A DNA stretch of 64,000 nucleotides from a virus (IMGVR_UViG_3300047497_000053:2220-66219); one strand, 5' to 3'; positions 28,594 to 39,546 are shown, numbered from the stretch's first letter. Notes: generated from the letters alone by a model not told the origin. Made by a program: numbers and translations.

Positions 28594-28607
28594 GTTTCCA
28601 TGGAAAC
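28594..28607. promoter_or_regulatory. Palindrome GTTTCCATGGAAAC
   Basis: Intergenic, 16 nt upstream of ATG 28578; member of a repeated family. Confidence 0.6.
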
Positions 28608-28624
28608 CGAATATACGTGAAAAA

Positions 28625-29014
28625 TCAGGGCATCGTCACTGCGGGTGACACGGTGACAAGGCCGGATAAGAGGCGCGTCACTTGACCGCCCGCGCTGGTG
28701 AGCAAGAGGTCATAGACCCCTTGCCACCATGTAAACGTCTCGGTATCTGACGCAGATATGGTGAGCGTGATGGACCCGGCCGTGCCGCCTAAGACCAGAT
28801 CGGCGGACGCGTCATACAGCACAGCCGGGGCCAACGGGAACGCCTTGATCTGCATCTGCGCCGTGTAGCCCGTGAGGTCCACGGGCGGCGGCGTTGTCTG
28901 CCCCGCTGGCGTGCATCCGCATTGGCCGTTGAGCCAATAGAAAATGCGCTCGTAGGTCGCGCCTTGATTGATGCAGAGGTTGAACGCGTCCGTCCCGTTG
29001 AATACGGCACTCAC
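28625..29014 (-). CDS. Fibre-attachment (BppU-like) protein
   Basis: I.QGATY, VDLTGYTA.MQI, GVYDL and RLL.G.V.VSP motifs. Confidence 0.7.
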   Translation of the reverse strand: MSAVFNGTDAFNLCINQGATYERIFYWLNGQCGCTPAGQTTPPPVDLTGYTAQMQIKAFPLAPAVLYDASADLVLGGTAGSITLTISASDTETFTWWQGVYDLLLTSAGGQVTRLLSGLVTVSPAVTMP

Positions 29015-29610
29015 GCGGGCGCGCTCGGCTTGATCGCTTCCATGGTCACAACCAAGTCCGTGACGGCATCTTTGAAAAACTGCGCTGCAAAGATTTTGTA
29101 TTCGTCGTTTCGAGCGTTCAAATCGGGCAACAGATTGTGTCCCCACGTGCAAGCCCAGTGGCAGCGGTAGCCGTGCGGGACGTGCACGCTGTCAATATGC
29201 GGTGCATTCGTTGCGCGCCAATTCGGGTCCAAGTAGTAAAACGTGAATTCGGACAACGGCTCCTTGTGCGTGGGATCACCATAGAATCGATTGGACCCCC
29301 AGTACGGAAACGTTAACGTGCACTTTCCACCCGGTACCGTGATGCGCCACAGCTCGTTGAAGAAATGCACGCGTTCCCATCGGTCGTTCAGGTTCGTCAG
29401 GTGCTCAATGAAATGCGAGCAGTGCGAGACGCCCACGCTGTTGTCCGCGAACGGCCACGGACCGCCGCGAAGATCGTGCACGATGTCCACGTTCGGGAAC
29501 GCGATGGCGTCCACGCCAATATAGCCGGGTTTTTTGTTGATGCCACAGCCGATATCCAGAGAGATGGGATCGGGAGCGGTGGGGCCTTGAATCGCGGCGT
29601 TGATGTCCAT
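29011..29610 (-). CDS. Class I SAM-dependent methyltransferase
   Basis: LDIGCG, WPF.DNSV, SHFIEH, PGG and DPTH motifs. Confidence 0.9.
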   Translation of the reverse strand: MDINAAIQGPTAPDPISLDIGCGINKKPGYIGVDAIAFPNVDIVHDLRGGPWPFADNSVGVSHCSHFIEHLTNLNDRWERVHFFNELWRITVPGGKCTLTFPYWGSNRFYGDPTHKEPLSEFTFYYLDPNWRATNAPHIDSVHVPHGYRCHWACTWGHNLLPDLNARNDEYKIFAAQFFKDAVTDLVVTMEAIKPSAPA

Positions 29611-29615
29611 GTTGG

Positions 29616-30359
29616 CTACCATACGAAATCCTTGATACCGAATGCACCTGTAATATCAATGTGGCCGACGCGCACCGAGCAATCAATGGCGCATCGATAA
29701 CCGTATTTGCGCGCGTCCGCCCAAAACGCTAGGTCTTGAGTTGCAATGCCGTTGCCGTCTTTTCCATTCAACGTGCGAAACCACGGACGCTTCAATCGTT
29801 CGTCTTTGAACATGGGCAAGCGCCACAGATTGAAGCCCATGCCGGTCCCGCAGCATTCCACCAGACCGCCCTCAAGGTCGGGCAATTGCGGTCGGAAATT
29901 CGGAATCGGATCGCGCACGTCACCCCATATCTGACTACACCCTTGGGGTCCTTTACAAAAATAAAGTCCACCGATGCATGCCAATTCCGGATGCTGCTCC
30001 ATGCGTTCAACAAGTTTGATGACGCCATCAACTGGCGGTATGTTGTCGTGCTCAACCGTTAGGATGTATTCCCAGTCTTTCAACTGCGGATGATTGAGCA
30101 CGCTTTCAATTGCCGTGGAGTACGCCACTCCCACTTCATCACCGAGGGCCGCGATTTTAGCAACGCCGTTGTTAGGAGGAAACGCCAAGTTCCAAAGCGA
30201 CATCATGACTTTCACCGAAATCATGTCGGCACTGGGAATGATGACCACAATGCGCTGCGTGTGCCAACTCCCGCCCCGCTGCAATCGTGACACCGTTTCG
30301 GGCAAGTTTTGCGCGTGGTGTCCGGATAAATCGGTGACGACTAATTCAACTTTGCTCAT
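29616..30359 (-). CDS. GT-A fold glycosyltransferase
   Basis: EHD (DxD-like), GxGF.L, PWF, QDL.F and D...VGH motifs. Confidence 0.8.
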   Translation of the reverse strand: MSKVELVVTDLSGHHAQNLPETVSRLQRGGSWHTQRIVVIIPSADMISVKVMMSLWNLAFPPNNGVAKIAALGDEVGVAYSTAIESVLNHPQLKDWEYILTVEHDNIPPVDGVIKLVERMEQHPELACIGGLYFCKGPQGCSQIWGDVRDPIPNFRPQLPDLEGGLVECCGTGMGFNLWRLPMFKDERLKRPWFRTLNGKDGNGIATQDLAFWADARKYGYRCAIDCSVRVGHIDITGAFGIKDFVW

Positions 30360-31036
30360 TTGGTCCACGCGATAGTGGCAGTGTTGGTCTGTGCAGGATA
30401 TTCCAAAAATGCCGCTGCCACCGTAATAAATAAATCGCTGCCATTCGTCGTGGTAAACGTGCCCGCGATGCTGCCGTAGCCGGTAATTTCCATGTGCTCA
30501 GCGCGGGCAACCGTTTGCCCCGAGCCGCCGATGGCGGCCCACAGTGGATTGATGCCGACAAACCCGGTGCCTGCCGCAGGAGCGCCATGCGAATTTCCAG
30601 AGCCCGTGGAATTGAACGAAATGGCGAACAAATGCGCGGGCAAATTCAAGACCGCGATGGAGCCGCTGGTAATTGCGTCCGCCGCTGCTCCAGGACCGTT
30701 CTGATTTTGTCCCGCGCTGCCGAGAAGCGTCCCGATCCCTGAATATTCGTTTGCAAAAATGCCGTTGAACAAACCGCCCGTCGCGGATACTTGGGTGGGT
30801 CCGCCCAGGATGGCTTGTGCGTAATACACCTGCAATCCGGCGGCGTACGCCGATGCCGAGCCCGCTGCGATGTACGTGTTGCCGTTGGTATCGGTGATCG
30901 TCGGCGTGTTACTCGCTTGACACTGCACGGCAACGATCATGGAATTACCGCCCGCGACGGTCAGCGACGGTGCCACAAGCGTGCCGACTTGAGAGGACGT
31001 TGAATTTTGCGACGATTGGACGTAACTGCCGGGCAT
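30356..31036 (-). CDS. Putative virion beta-sandwich protein
   Basis: Ser/Thr/Gly-rich; ITD..GNTY and EYSG motifs. Confidence 0.65.
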   Translation of the reverse strand: MPGSYVQSSQNSTSSQVGTLVAPSLTVAGGNSMIVAVQCQASNTPTITDTNGNTYIAAGSASAYAAGLQVYYAQAILGGPTQVSATGGLFNGIFANEYSGIGTLLGSAGQNQNGPGAAADAITSGSIAVLNLPAHLFAISFNSTGSGNSHGAPAAGTGFVGINPLWAAIGGSGQTVARAEHMEITGYGSIAGTFTTTNGSDLFITVAAAFLEYPAQTNTATIAWTK

Positions 31037-33645
31037 TACGCATTAATCCAGTTGATACACCCCTGATACTTGGGAGGCGCGGAGGTGAGCGGCGAAATGG
31101 TTTGCATGACGGACGACAAAATGCCGTAGTCGTACGATGGCGCGATATCGTAATAGATGTTGATTGACTGAAACCCCGCCGCGACGATGCCCGGCAGATA
31201 GCCGGTGCCTGCGCTTGATAATTGATTCGTCGGATCGTAGAACAGATACTGAAATCGGGGATCGCTGTACGCCGTTTGCAGCATCGTTGAATATGATCCC
31301 GAATAACTGGAAAAATCGTTTCCCGATTCATAGCCGATGAGCGGCAAGTTGGGCAGTCCAAAACCCGCGATCTGCGATTTGATCCAGATCGTTTCCTGTT
31401 CAACGTAGCCGATGAATCCCAGCGGGCTGCAACTGGATAGGGTTGTGCCGTTGACCACGTTGCCATACGCCAATTGGAAATAGGCACCCACCGGATCGCT
31501 CTGCGCCAACACATAAGTCTGATCGCTGGAACTGATAAGTCCCGAGCCGTTGTTGGGATTGCCGCCGCCATTGAAATACGGTGCAAATAAATAAGCGCCG
31601 ATGTGGTGTTGATAGGCTGGCGTGCCGCCAACACTGACGTTCATCGAAACGCTGAGATAATACGAACCGGTTCCACCCGTGGAAGTCGCCGTGAATTGGG
31701 AACCAATGCCAATTACAACGCGGCTCGCAAATTGCGATCCATACACGGCATACCACGCATCACCAATTGTCGCGCACATATACCCGTTGTATTGCTGCGA
31801 GGTGGTCAGTCCCGTACCCAATCCTTGCGCGTAATACCCTGCAAAATGATATTGAGTGAACGTTGCATTCCATATCTCGTTGGAGAATTCCACGAGGCAT
31901 TTTTGGCCGGTGTTGTTGAGCCCAGTGAACTGCGAAAGCTGCGAGCCCGCGCCGTTATAAGCCATGTTGGCCACGCCATTTATGTACGTGGAATCCGCCG
32001 TGATCGGATAGCAGTAATGCGCGTCGCTATTGGCTTCCACGCAAAATTGAAAAAACACTTCAACGGGTACGCCTTTCAATGTTGCATACGAGAAATCGCC
32101 GGGCAGTGATCGATTCGCCCAGCCTTGATTCGCAGAGTAATACGCTTGCGCGGAATTCACGTTGACGAATGCGACATTGGTCGTCACGGCCGAGCCGAAA
32201 TAGACGTAGATCGAGTTCCAATTGACCGTGCAATTGGTAACGACTTGGCCGCTGGTAAACGTCACGGTGAGATTCGTCAACGACACGCCGGTCCACGCAA
32301 ACGGCGCGGGTACGTTCAAGTTTGTCCACAGTACAGCGGCCAACTGGCCGTAATACATCGTGGGGGCACCGCTTGCGTTGATCGTGATCGGCGTGCCGCC
32401 CGGTGTTGCCGAGACGGTGACATACGAACCGGTGCTGGTCACGATGTAATATACCGTGTTGATGGCGATCTGACCCGCGCCCGTGCCGACGGTCTGCGAA
32501 AAACTGACCGGCGCATTCGCGCTGAATACGCTACCTTGGACCACGGGGAATGCGAATCCGGAACCAGAACCCGAGCCTATGATGGCGTTAGACGCCGATA
32601 GCTGATCGCCTGCCGAATAGCCCACGCCGTTGGTGGTCAACGTTGCGGAACTCACGGTTCCGGACGAACCCACCACAATCGTCGCAACCGCGCCCGATCC
32701 CGTGCCGCCAGTCAAGGATATGTTGGTATACGTGCCAGCCGTGTAACCCGAGCCTTTGCCGGCCGTGGTCAACAACCCCATGACCATGAAGTTATTCGTA
32801 AAGCCGATATGCGAACTGCCGCTATTCGTCGTCGTTGAAGTACTCGTTAACTGGCCGCCGAACTGCATCGGCGGCGTCACATTGTTCGTTTGCATCTGGT
32901 CCATGCAGCGAAAGCGTGCAAAAGGGCCGTCTGCCGCCAGATACAGCGGATTGGTCTGCTCGCCCGCGTCATAGGAGGATGTATATGCGGCGGGCACCAA
33001 CGACATCGCGCGGATGTAATTCACGCTGTCAGGCAGCGCGCTGATGGTCGTTTTGATGCCGCTGGATGACGGTGTGGTCACGTTGATGGTGAAAAAATAC
33101 GCGCCCGTACCGGTTGTGGTTGCGGTGTTCCCCGAGATGGAATATCCGCCGCCCGACACGAACGCCAAGCTGTTGTTATCCACGGCCCCTGAGAAATTGA
33201 TTGTGCCTTTGCCCGTGAACCCGATGCGCCATTGGCCCGGTGGAAACTGATACGTCTGCGAGCCGGATGGGCCGGTGCCGATGTTGACGAACGAATAGCA
33301 TTCAATGCTGCCGTAGTTCGTGATGCCGTCCAATCCTAAGAGCGATTTGACGTAGCCATTCGCATCGGCGTTGAGGTTGCCCCAGCCGTTGGATGGCGAA
33401 TTGGTGTACCAGCACGAACTCGGTCCTAAGTTCGTTTTGTAGCCGCCATTGCTGGAACCCGACGTGGTGCTGTCGTTGGATGCCTGTTTGTAGGCGTTCA
33501 AATACGGGATGCTGGAGGCGTAGTAATTGAGTCCCGACAAATTGACGCCCAGATAATTCGTGGTCACGGGCGGTGCGCCTGAGTCGGGCACGACAACGCT
33601 GCCGCCCGCTTTGACGACAAACCCGCCCGCCACGGCGACGTGCAT
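31036..33645 (-). CDS. Tail-associated putative glycoside hydrolase with inserted beta domains
   Basis: G.NL.GL.YY, RFR.MD, GVP.E, VEFSNEIWN and GYE.G (clan-A-like acid/base and nucleophile); GSGYT repeats. Confidence 0.6.
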   Translation of the reverse strand: MHVAVAGGFVVKAGGSVVVPDSGAPPVTTNYLGVNLSGLNYYASSIPYLNAYKQASNDSTTSGSSNGGYKTNLGPSSCWYTNSPSNGWGNLNADANGYVKSLLGLDGITNYGSIECYSFVNIGTGPSGSQTYQFPPGQWRIGFTGKGTINFSGAVDNNSLAFVSGGGYSISGNTATTTGTGAYFFTINVTTPSSSGIKTTISALPDSVNYIRAMSLVPAAYTSSYDAGEQTNPLYLAADGPFARFRCMDQMQTNNVTPPMQFGGQLTSTSTTTNSGSSHIGFTNNFMVMGLLTTAGKGSGYTAGTYTNISLTGGTGSGAVATIVVGSSGTVSSATLTTNGVGYSAGDQLSASNAIIGSGSGSGFAFPVVQGSVFSANAPVSFSQTVGTGAGQIAINTVYYIVTSTGSYVTVSATPGGTPITINASGAPTMYYGQLAAVLWTNLNVPAPFAWTGVSLTNLTVTFTSGQVVTNCTVNWNSIYVYFGSAVTTNVAFVNVNSAQAYYSANQGWANRSLPGDFSYATLKGVPVEVFFQFCVEANSDAHYCYPITADSTYINGVANMAYNGAGSQLSQFTGLNNTGQKCLVEFSNEIWNATFTQYHFAGYYAQGLGTGLTTSQQYNGYMCATIGDAWYAVYGSQFASRVVIGIGSQFTATSTGGTGSYYLSVSMNVSVGGTPAYQHHIGAYLFAPYFNGGGNPNNGSGLISSSDQTYVLAQSDPVGAYFQLAYGNVVNGTTLSSCSPLGFIGYVEQETIWIKSQIAGFGLPNLPLIGYESGNDFSSYSGSYSTMLQTAYSDPRFQYLFYDPTNQLSSAGTGYLPGIVAAGFQSINIYYDIAPSYDYGILSSVMQTISPLTSAPPKYQGCINWINA

Positions 33646-35753
33646 CAGTAATTCCTAAAGATCACGGGGAAGTTGCCGGCTTGGCCGCCCGTGCCCGTCG
33701 CGACCAAATTGGATAGCGCAATGGTTTGCGCCGTGCCCGTGATGGACGCGGATAGCACGCCTTGACTTGAAATGTTTTTGGATGCCGCGTAGGTGCTGCC
33801 GAAATCACCATATTGATTCACGGTGTCCTGCACGCCGTAGATCATCTGAATCGTGTTGCCCAGTTGCGTCGTCGCGGTGCCGATGCTGGAATTGTTCGTA
33901 GTAGATAGCTGAAATCCGATCCAATATTCGCCCGCCGAGAGCGAACCCGCGATGGGAAACGAGATGTTGCGACCGCCCGTGAGGTTGGCATATCCCGATG
34001 AGTTGGACGCCCATGTGTACGTCGTGGTGCCGAACGCGCCAATAATGGGTGACAGCGTAGAGCCGTTGAACGAGTATATCACCAAGCCCGATGAGATGTT
34101 GAGGTCCGCCGTGTTGGCGTTCGCGGCCGATTGCAGCGCGAATACGGCCGGCACGTCCACGCGCGAAAAGGTCACGGGGTTGTCGAGTTGGATATAGCGG
34201 AACGTGGCGTTTGATTGCGCTGTGAGCGCCTGCGACGATACCTGACCCATCGGCCACAAATCTTGCCGCGACAACAACGTGGGTCCGATGTTGATGGTGT
34301 TGCCCGCCGTGCTCACCATGCCGCCGTTAACGCCCGATATGGATGACGTGGCTGGCCCAAGGATAGAGATTGATGCGCCGCCCGTGCCGGTCGCTTGCGA
34401 GAGCGACATCGCGCCGACAGCCGCCAGCGCCACGCTGCCGGAATTGAACGTGCCCGTATTGCCGGTGGTGTTGCCGCCCGTGGACACACCGAATGCCACG
34501 CCGCCCGCGCCGCCGCCGGAGCCCGCGCCCGAGATCACGACAATGTTGCCGGTGACGCCCACGGAGACGTTGCCCGCGCCTGAGAAACTCAAAGCCCCTA
34601 ACGAAGTGGCGCCTGAGCTGGATTGCGTGGTGTTACCGACCGCATACAAGGACTGCGAAAGAGCGGTTGATCCCGGCGCGGAAATGATGAGCGTGTTGGC
34701 CGACCATCCTAACGAAATGATCCCCGCGCCCGACAAATTGAGTGCGGACTGTGCATACGTATTTGATGACGACCCGCCGGTGGTGTTGGAGCCCGACAGA
34801 ATGACGCCGCCAGTCGTGATGCCCGCAGCGGTCGCGCCGTTGATAGAAATCGTCGCGCCGTTGGAATTCGTCGCTTGCGACAGCGTGATGTTGGAGCCGC
34901 CGACGAACGCGAGCTGCGACCCCGTGAGTCCCGTCGTACCGCCTGAGTTGCCGCCGGAGACACCCGCCGAGAATCCACCACCGCCGCCTGCGCCGCCGAC
35001 GATGGCGATGGTGTTGGACGTTTGCGAGAGCGTGATGTTAGCGCCGCCGTAGAAATACGCGGTGCCGTTCGAGATGATCGTGGGCACGCCCAGCGTGTTG
35101 CCGCCGATGGACACGGCAGGACCGGTGCCCGTGGGTCCGGTGGGGCCGCCAAGGCCGGTCGGTCCCGTGGGGCCGTTCGCGCCTAATAGGCCGGTAGGAC
35201 CCGTGGGGCCGCCAGGGCCAGTCGGGCCGCCCGGTCCGGTCGGACCCGTAACGGATAGTCCCGTGGGGCCGGTCGGGCCGGTCGGGCCGTTTGCGGGGCC
35301 GGTGGGGCCGGTGGGGCCTATCGGGCCACCTGACGGTCCAGTCGGTCCCGTGGGGCCGTTGGGGCCGCCGGACGGGCCAGTGGGGCCAAGCGCGCCCGTG
35401 GTGCCCGTGGGACCGGTGGGGCCGACGCCGCCGCCGTTGCCGGTGGGGCCGGTGGGGCCGGTGATGCTGGGACCCGTGGGACCCGTGACGCCATTGGTGC
35501 CAGCGATTCCGGTCGGACCGGTGGGACCCGTGGGGCCGTTATTGCCTGCAAGTCCCGCCGCGCCTGTGGGGCCGGTCGGACCTGTCGCGCCGCCGCCAGG
35601 ACCTGTGGGGCCGGTCGGACCCATGCCGCCGCCCAGCGCGGCGATCTGCGCCGCGGTCAGGCTGTAATTCGCGCCCGCGCGGGCGATGGGGATTTCGTCG
35701 CTCGGTTGCGCGGGACCACCAGGGGCAAGGTCTGAGATTTTCTCGTTAGCCAT
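33645..35753 (-). CDS. Collagen-like (GPT) tail fibre protein
   Basis: MANEKISDL start; long GPT tract; G.NITLSQ repeats. Confidence 0.85.
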   Translation of the reverse strand: MANEKISDLAPGGPAQPSDEIPIARAGANYSLTAAQIAALGGGMGPTGPTGPGGGATGPTGPTGAAGLAGNNGPTGPTGPTGIAGTNGVTGPTGPSITGPTGPTGNGGGVGPTGPTGTTGALGPTGPSGGPNGPTGPTGPSGGPIGPTGPTGPANGPTGPTGPTGLSVTGPTGPGGPTGPGGPTGPTGLLGANGPTGPTGLGGPTGPTGTGPAVSIGGNTLGVPTIISNGTAYFYGGANITLSQTSNTIAIVGGAGGGGGFSAGVSGGNSGGTTGLTGSQLAFVGGSNITLSQATNSNGATISINGATAAGITTGGVILSGSNTTGGSSSNTYAQSALNLSGAGIISLGWSANTLIISAPGSTALSQSLYAVGNTTQSSSGATSLGALSFSGAGNVSVGVTGNIVVISGAGSGGGAGGVAFGVSTGGNTTGNTGTFNSGSVALAAVGAMSLSQATGTGGASISILGPATSSISGVNGGMVSTAGNTINIGPTLLSRQDLWPMGQVSSQALTAQSNATFRYIQLDNPVTFSRVDVPAVFALQSAANANTADLNISSGLVIYSFNGSTLSPIIGAFGTTTYTWASNSSGYANLTGGRNISFPIAGSLSAGEYWIGFQLSTTNNSSIGTATTQLGNTIQMIYGVQDTVNQYGDFGSTYAASKNISSQGVLSASITGTAQTIALSNLVATGTGGQAGNFPVIFRNY
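35120..35620 (-). repeat. Collagen-like Gly-Pro-Thr repeat tract
   Basis: GPTGPTG repeats in the translation. Confidence 0.95.
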
Positions 35754-35967
35754 CGGGCACGTCCGGGGTAATCTCGGCGCGACCCTCGGCGCGACCCTGC
35801 GCGAGTTTCGTCTCGCCCAATTTCTCCACCAAGCCGTCCGTCTGGCGCTTGACGGCGGAGAGCGCGCGCCCGTTGCGCGCGGAGATGACGCCGACAATCG
35901 CCGTGCCGATGGCCGCGATCAAGGCCGAGACCGCGCCGATGAGTTGAACGATTTCGGATGGCGTCAT
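35746..35967 (-). CDS. Second holin-like single-TM protein
   Basis: [21 protein letters not shown]...; same architecture as 21665-21913. Confidence 0.55.
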   Translation of the reverse strand: MTPSEIVQLIGAVSALIAAIGTAIVGVISARNGRALSAVKRQTDGLVEKLGETKLAQGRAEGRAEITPDVPDG

Positions 35968-35968
35968 G

Positions 35969-36421
35969 TCACGAGGTCGGAATCGGCGCGATCGGATTCG
36001 CAGTAGTGTGCGGTGGATAGCGAACGGAATCAACCGCAATGATTCCGTAATTGTACGGATTGGTTGTGACAATGGGATTCGTTACTAACGCGGGCTCTGA
36101 TGATGCTGTGGTTCCCGAATTCCCATTTGGAGCAAAATAAACAAACTGATGAGTGCCGGCGGCGTTCGTGACCAACTCACCGCCATTATAGGAAGTAGAA
36201 TTTGCTCGAACTAAATTTCCTGGTCCGGTGTTCAGCGTCGCTGGTGGCAAATAAGGTTGTCTTTCAACAGATGGCCGTATAAGAATTTGCCCGTACACTA
36301 TGTTTGCATTTAACGCGCTTGGTGTGGTCTGAACTGTGACACCAGCTTGGTTCATCGGAATTACTTCATTACCGACTACAGTGCCACCCACAGGCAGTTG
36401 GTTAAATGTTTGCATCAACAT
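35969..36421 (-). CDS. Fibre-like protein with QLP...GNE.IP module
   Basis: N-terminus resembles those of 23313 and 35753; lower GC. Confidence 0.6.
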   Translation of the reverse strand: MLMQTFNQLPVGGTVVGNEVIPMNQAGVTVQTTPSALNANIVYGQILIRPSVERQPYLPPATLNTGPGNLVRANSTSYNGGELVTNAAGTHQFVYFAPNGNSGTTASSEPALVTNPIVTTNPYNYGIIAVDSVRYPPHTTANPIAPIPTS

Positions 36422-38310
36422 TACTTAGCGCCTAATACAGCCCTAAGGCCCTGTAGATTGCGAGACGCGATCAACAGATGCCCATCGCCGGTGGGATGAC
36501 CCGAAAACGTCACACTCGATAGTATGTCGTTGGTGTTTGAAGTAGGCGACGCTGCTGTGCCGCTGCCCGTGATCCAACCGTTGCCGCCCACGCCCGTCGC
36601 ATACGTGTCTAGGAATGGAACTGACCCGTTGATCGGTGTGAGAGAGGCTGCAGCGGTCGCCAGCGCAGTGTTATAGGCGATGTTTCCTGACGTCAGTGTC
36701 GTCGAGGATATCGAAGTCACGCCCGAGAAAATGGCGATCGCGGTTGGAAACCTGGCGACGATTTGCTGTGCCGTATAAGTCGCATTGATCTGTACCTGCG
36801 ATGCGGTAAAAGCGCTGCCGGGGTCATTGCCTGAGCCCTGTACGAACAACACAAATGGCAACGGAAAGCCATTCCCATCATAGGGAACATTGGGTGCCAC
36901 TGTACCCAAGTAATTAGTCAGCGACGATGCGGTGAGCCCCGTAATTCCTGACAGATTGGCGGTCATGGTCGCGCCGCTCATGCTATGTAGGCATACGACC
37001 CAACCTGGCGGATAGCCGACCACGGACCCCACGGCCACCGCATTGGCGACCACATTGGAAAGCGCCTGTATCGCGGTCTGCACGGTTGCGGCGGTCGCGT
37101 TATAGGCAATCGCGCTGGTCGTCTGTGTTGAGCCGCCGTAGGTGATTGAGACGGTAAACGTTCCGCCCGTACCGCCCGTTTGGGTGAGGATGAAACTCTC
37201 GGTGGGCGGGGCGATGCGATCCATGAAAGTCAGGCTAATACCGGTATTGGTTGCGCACCAACCCGTGCCGCCACTCCCGTCTATCCATCCTTGCATTCCC
37301 AAGGAGCGTGGTAGCATGTGGGACATTTGCGGGTTGATGCGATAGGGACCACCGGTCCCGCCCACAAATGAATCGCCAACATACATGAACCGCATCAAGC
37401 CATCGAATGGCGCGGGGGCGATTGTGTCATGAGAGCCCGTGTAGACTCCGCCAAAATCCACGCCCACGTACGTGATCTTTCGTGTGGCGATGCTCCCCCA
37501 ATTCAATGTGACGTAGTTGACACTGCCGTCCAATGGATTGCAGTAATAGCCATTCGCGTCATCGCAGACAACGTAGACCGAGGTGGAGTCCGGATTCGTC
37601 GTCCAGTTGTTTGCCATCGTGGCCACTTTCGTGGACCCCACATAGCCCGTGATTTGATTGACCTGTCCTGCCCCCGTGCCGGAGATGATCGCGACGGTGT
37701 AATAGATGTACCAGTTGTTACTCGCGTTAGCACCGGAAGCCAACGTGATCGTATTCGAGCCCCCGCCTTGCGCAGTCCCCGTGTTGGTGAGTGGCTGAAA
37801 CTTCCCGACATAAACATCATCCACCCAAAGACTAAATCCGCTGCCGCTGCCGTACTTCAAGATGTCCAGCACAGAGCCCGTGTGAAAAAACTGGACACTG
37901 AAATCAGCGGCAGCCGTGGAGTAATTTGTTTGAAGGATTTGATTTTGGGGGACTGCGGTATTTCGTATGCCGAAGTTGGCGATTGCCGCGGAAAACGAAA
38001 AGAGCAGCGTGTTGGGCGTGTTCGTCGTGCCGGGACTCGTGACAGCGTTGACACGCTTCGTCCCAGACTGCGTCCCTGAGTAGGTGATGGTGGGCTTGGT
38101 GCTGGCGGGTATCGGTTTCGCTCCGCCTTTCCCTGCCTCGCGTACTGCCAGGCTTGTGCTTGCGCTCTGCCATGAAGTGCCGTTGCATGTGAATACGCTA
38201 TTGACGCCTGACACATAGGCTGTTGTTCCGGCAGAAACGCTGGTTGGCGGAAAGGCGGAATTCAAAGAACCTATTGAAATAAAGCTGCCTAAGTTCGTGA
38301 CCTGGCTCAT
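36421..38310 (-). CDS. Tail spike with SGNH/GDSL esterase domain
   Basis: GDSF, GSGGTG, G.ND and GHP...GH blocks. Confidence 0.8.
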   Translation of the reverse strand: MSQVTNLGSFISIGSLNSAFPPTSVSAGTTAYVSGVNSVFTCNGTSWQSASTSLAVREAGKGGAKPIPASTKPTITYSGTQSGTKRVNAVTSPGTTNTPNTLLFSFSAAIANFGIRNTAVPQNQILQTNYSTAAADFSVQFFHTGSVLDILKYGSGSGFSLWVDDVYVGKFQPLTNTGTAQGGGSNTITLASGANASNNWYIYYTVAIISGTGAGQVNQITGYVGSTKVATMANNWTTNPDSTSVYVVCDDANGYYCNPLDGSVNYVTLNWGSIATRKITYVGVDFGGVYTGSHDTIAPAPFDGLMRFMYVGDSFVGGTGGPYRINPQMSHMLPRSLGMQGWIDGSGGTGWCATNTGISLTFMDRIAPPTESFILTQTGGTGGTFTVSITYGGSTQTTSAIAYNATAATVQTAIQALSNVVANAVAVGSVVGYPPGWVVCLHSMSGATMTANLSGITGLTASSLTNYLGTVAPNVPYDGNGFPLPFVLFVQGSGNDPGSAFTASQVQINATYTAQQIVARFPTAIAIFSGVTSISSTTLTSGNIAYNTALATAAASLTPINGSVPFLDTYATGVGGNGWITGSGTAASPTSNTNDILSSVTFSGHPTGDGHLLIASRNLQGLRAVLGAK

Positions 38311-38858
38311 GTTCCGACTCCAATAAATGTCACGATGTCATTAAGCGCTGCGGCGCCAGTGACCGTACACGTAGTCGCTGACTGTGCGGTCTGGGTAAAC
38401 AATATTTGCCCGGTCACATCGTTTACCCAGCACGCCCAATTGTTAGCGACACTTGAAAAAGTCAATACGATGGTGCAGCTGCCTGCAGCACCGACTTTGA
38501 AATTTCCGCTAGCAACTGTCACTCCTTTCAGGTAAACGGCGCCGCCTGTCAATGCTGAATTGGAACAACCCGAAGCAGTGTAAGAGGCCAGCCCTAGACT
38601 GACCCCGCTATCCGCCGCCCCGCCCGACCCGTTGCCGGTGAGCACGTCGGTGGTGGAGGGAATGGAGCCGCCGCCGCCCGTCGCATTGATCGTGACCGCG
38701 CCCGTGCCCGACGTGGGCGAAATCGTCACTCCGGTCCCCGCAATAATCTGCGACACTGGCGTCACGTTGGAATTGCCGCCGTTGCTGTTTTGATCCCACG
38801 CAGGCGTTAACACCAGCAGCGCCAACGCCCCCCAGCTCAAGCGACGAAACAGGGTCAT
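38307..38858 (-). CDS. Putative virion protein with hydrophobic N-terminus
   Basis: V.QI.AGTGVTISP..GTG.VTINA fibre module. Confidence 0.6.
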   Translation of the reverse strand: MTLFRRLSWGALALLVLTPAWDQNSNGGNSNVTPVSQIIAGTGVTISPTSGTGAVTINATGGGGSIPSTTDVLTGNGSGGAADSGVSLGLASYTASGCSNSALTGGAVYLKGVTVASGNFKVGAAGSCTIVLTFSSVANNWACWVNDVTGQILFTQTAQSATTCTVTGAAALNDIVTFIGVGT

Positions 38859-39502
38859 ATTGTCACCACGTTGTACTGCAGGACGTGCGCAAGCACCGAA
38901 CCCGACCCCGAATTAAGCAAAATCCGCACGAAACGCGGCGCAAATAAATAGTTCGTCTGCAAACTCACCGTGGCGCCCACTGCATTTGTATCCGACGTGT
39001 TGATCCAGGTCATGGCAGACGGCGCGATGGGTTTCACCGTGCCGTTAGGATTGTCGTACGTAGACTGAATCGTGTAATTCACGGTGCCCGTGACCACGGT
39101 CTGAATGCCGACCTGCGGCGATGCCCATTCGTCAAGCGCCGCCCAATTGCTGGTGGCGATGCCGTTGGTACCGACCGTCACCGCGGCGGTGGCTGCGCCT
39201 GAAATAGTCACCGAGGTCACGGTCGCGTAACTCAACACCGACGCATAAGACGACGCAGCCGATCCCACGATCGTTTCCGACAACGCATCGCCCGCAACGC
39301 TGGTTCCAGTGATCGTGAAGTTGTGCGTTGAATCTGCGGTGGTGATGAGCACTTGGCGGGGTGTGTCCATGACCGCGACGCCGTTTGTCACCAGCGCGCC
39401 GTTCAGCGTCAGCGGTCCTGCTGCGCCGGGCGTTTGCGATAGCGCAATGGCGTTTGCGCTGGCGGCCGCCAACGGCCCTACGGTGATCGTCACTGGACGC
39501 AT
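38855..39502 (-). CDS. Putative virion structural protein
   Basis: GAGG RBS; L.LNG, FTITGT and RFVR motifs. Confidence 0.65.
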   Translation of the reverse strand: MRPVTITVGPLAAASANAIALSQTPGAAGPLTLNGALVTNGVAVMDTPRQVLITTADSTHNFTITGTSVAGDALSETIVGSAASSYASVLSYATVTSVTISGAATAAVTVGTNGIATSNWAALDEWASPQVGIQTVVTGTVNYTIQSTYDNPNGTVKPIAPSAMTWINTSDTNAVGATVSLQTNYLFAPRFVRILLNSGSGSVLAHVLQYNVVTI

Positions 39503-39514
39503 GTGTTACCTCTG

Positions 39515-39546
39515 AAAAGAAAAACGGGGCCATGTGCCGGCCCCGT
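39515..39546 (-). terminator. Rho-independent terminator
   Basis: ACGGGGCC-7 nt-GGCCCCGT stem followed by TTTTCTTTT on the minus strand. Confidence 0.8.
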
